Positions 41,733 through 41,786 of a stretch of 41,786 bases of DNA are shown in pieces. A program made the translations under genes and the position numbers. Under the pieces are notes generated by a model. It was not told where the DNA came from. It did not search any database and worked only from the letters and a program-made list of their open reading frames with translations. The number at the start of each line of letters is the position of its first letter. The stretch's first letter is position 1. Source of the DNA: Priapulus caudatus. Lineage: Eukaryota. The stretch lies in assembly GCF_000485595.1 (NCBI RefSeq), contig NW_014577073.1, positions 174,729-216,514 on the forward strand, given 5' to 3'.

Positions 41733-41786
<54 letters not shown>
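41724..41786. repeat. (CA)n microsatellite
   Basis: Direct inspection. Confidence 0.95.

Overview
Animal genomic DNA, probably from an invertebrate (lophotrochozoan/annelid-like is an inference from gene and repeat style). It is intron-rich and TE-dense, with four N-gaps (4579-4588, 13706-13730, 29653-29662, 40011-40633). Most ORF-track entries are spurious, so I rebuilt the genes by hand from GT-AG sites and intron phases. Genes: (1) two minus-strand exons of an SGTA/SGT co-chaperone, with a possible 5' exon head-to-head with SEL1L; (2) a full-length but disabled 10-exon hAT (ZNF862-like) transposon at 4916-10299 with TIRs, and a second truncated copy at 1-3075; (3) a complete 14-coding-exon SEL1L gene on +; (4) a complete 9-exon KLHDC2/KLHDC1-like gene on -, convergent with SEL1L, with a ~10-kb repeat-filled first intron; (5) a small secreted Gly/Tyr/His/Asn-rich protein built from GYGHNNL heptads on -, with a TATA/Inr promoter, whose true frame the ORF track missed. 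There are also many MITEs, Helentron-like elements and microsatellites, and a noisy low-quality segment (~31-36.3 kb). The best novelty candidate is the GYGHNNL protein. I see no evidence for a new multi-gene system.
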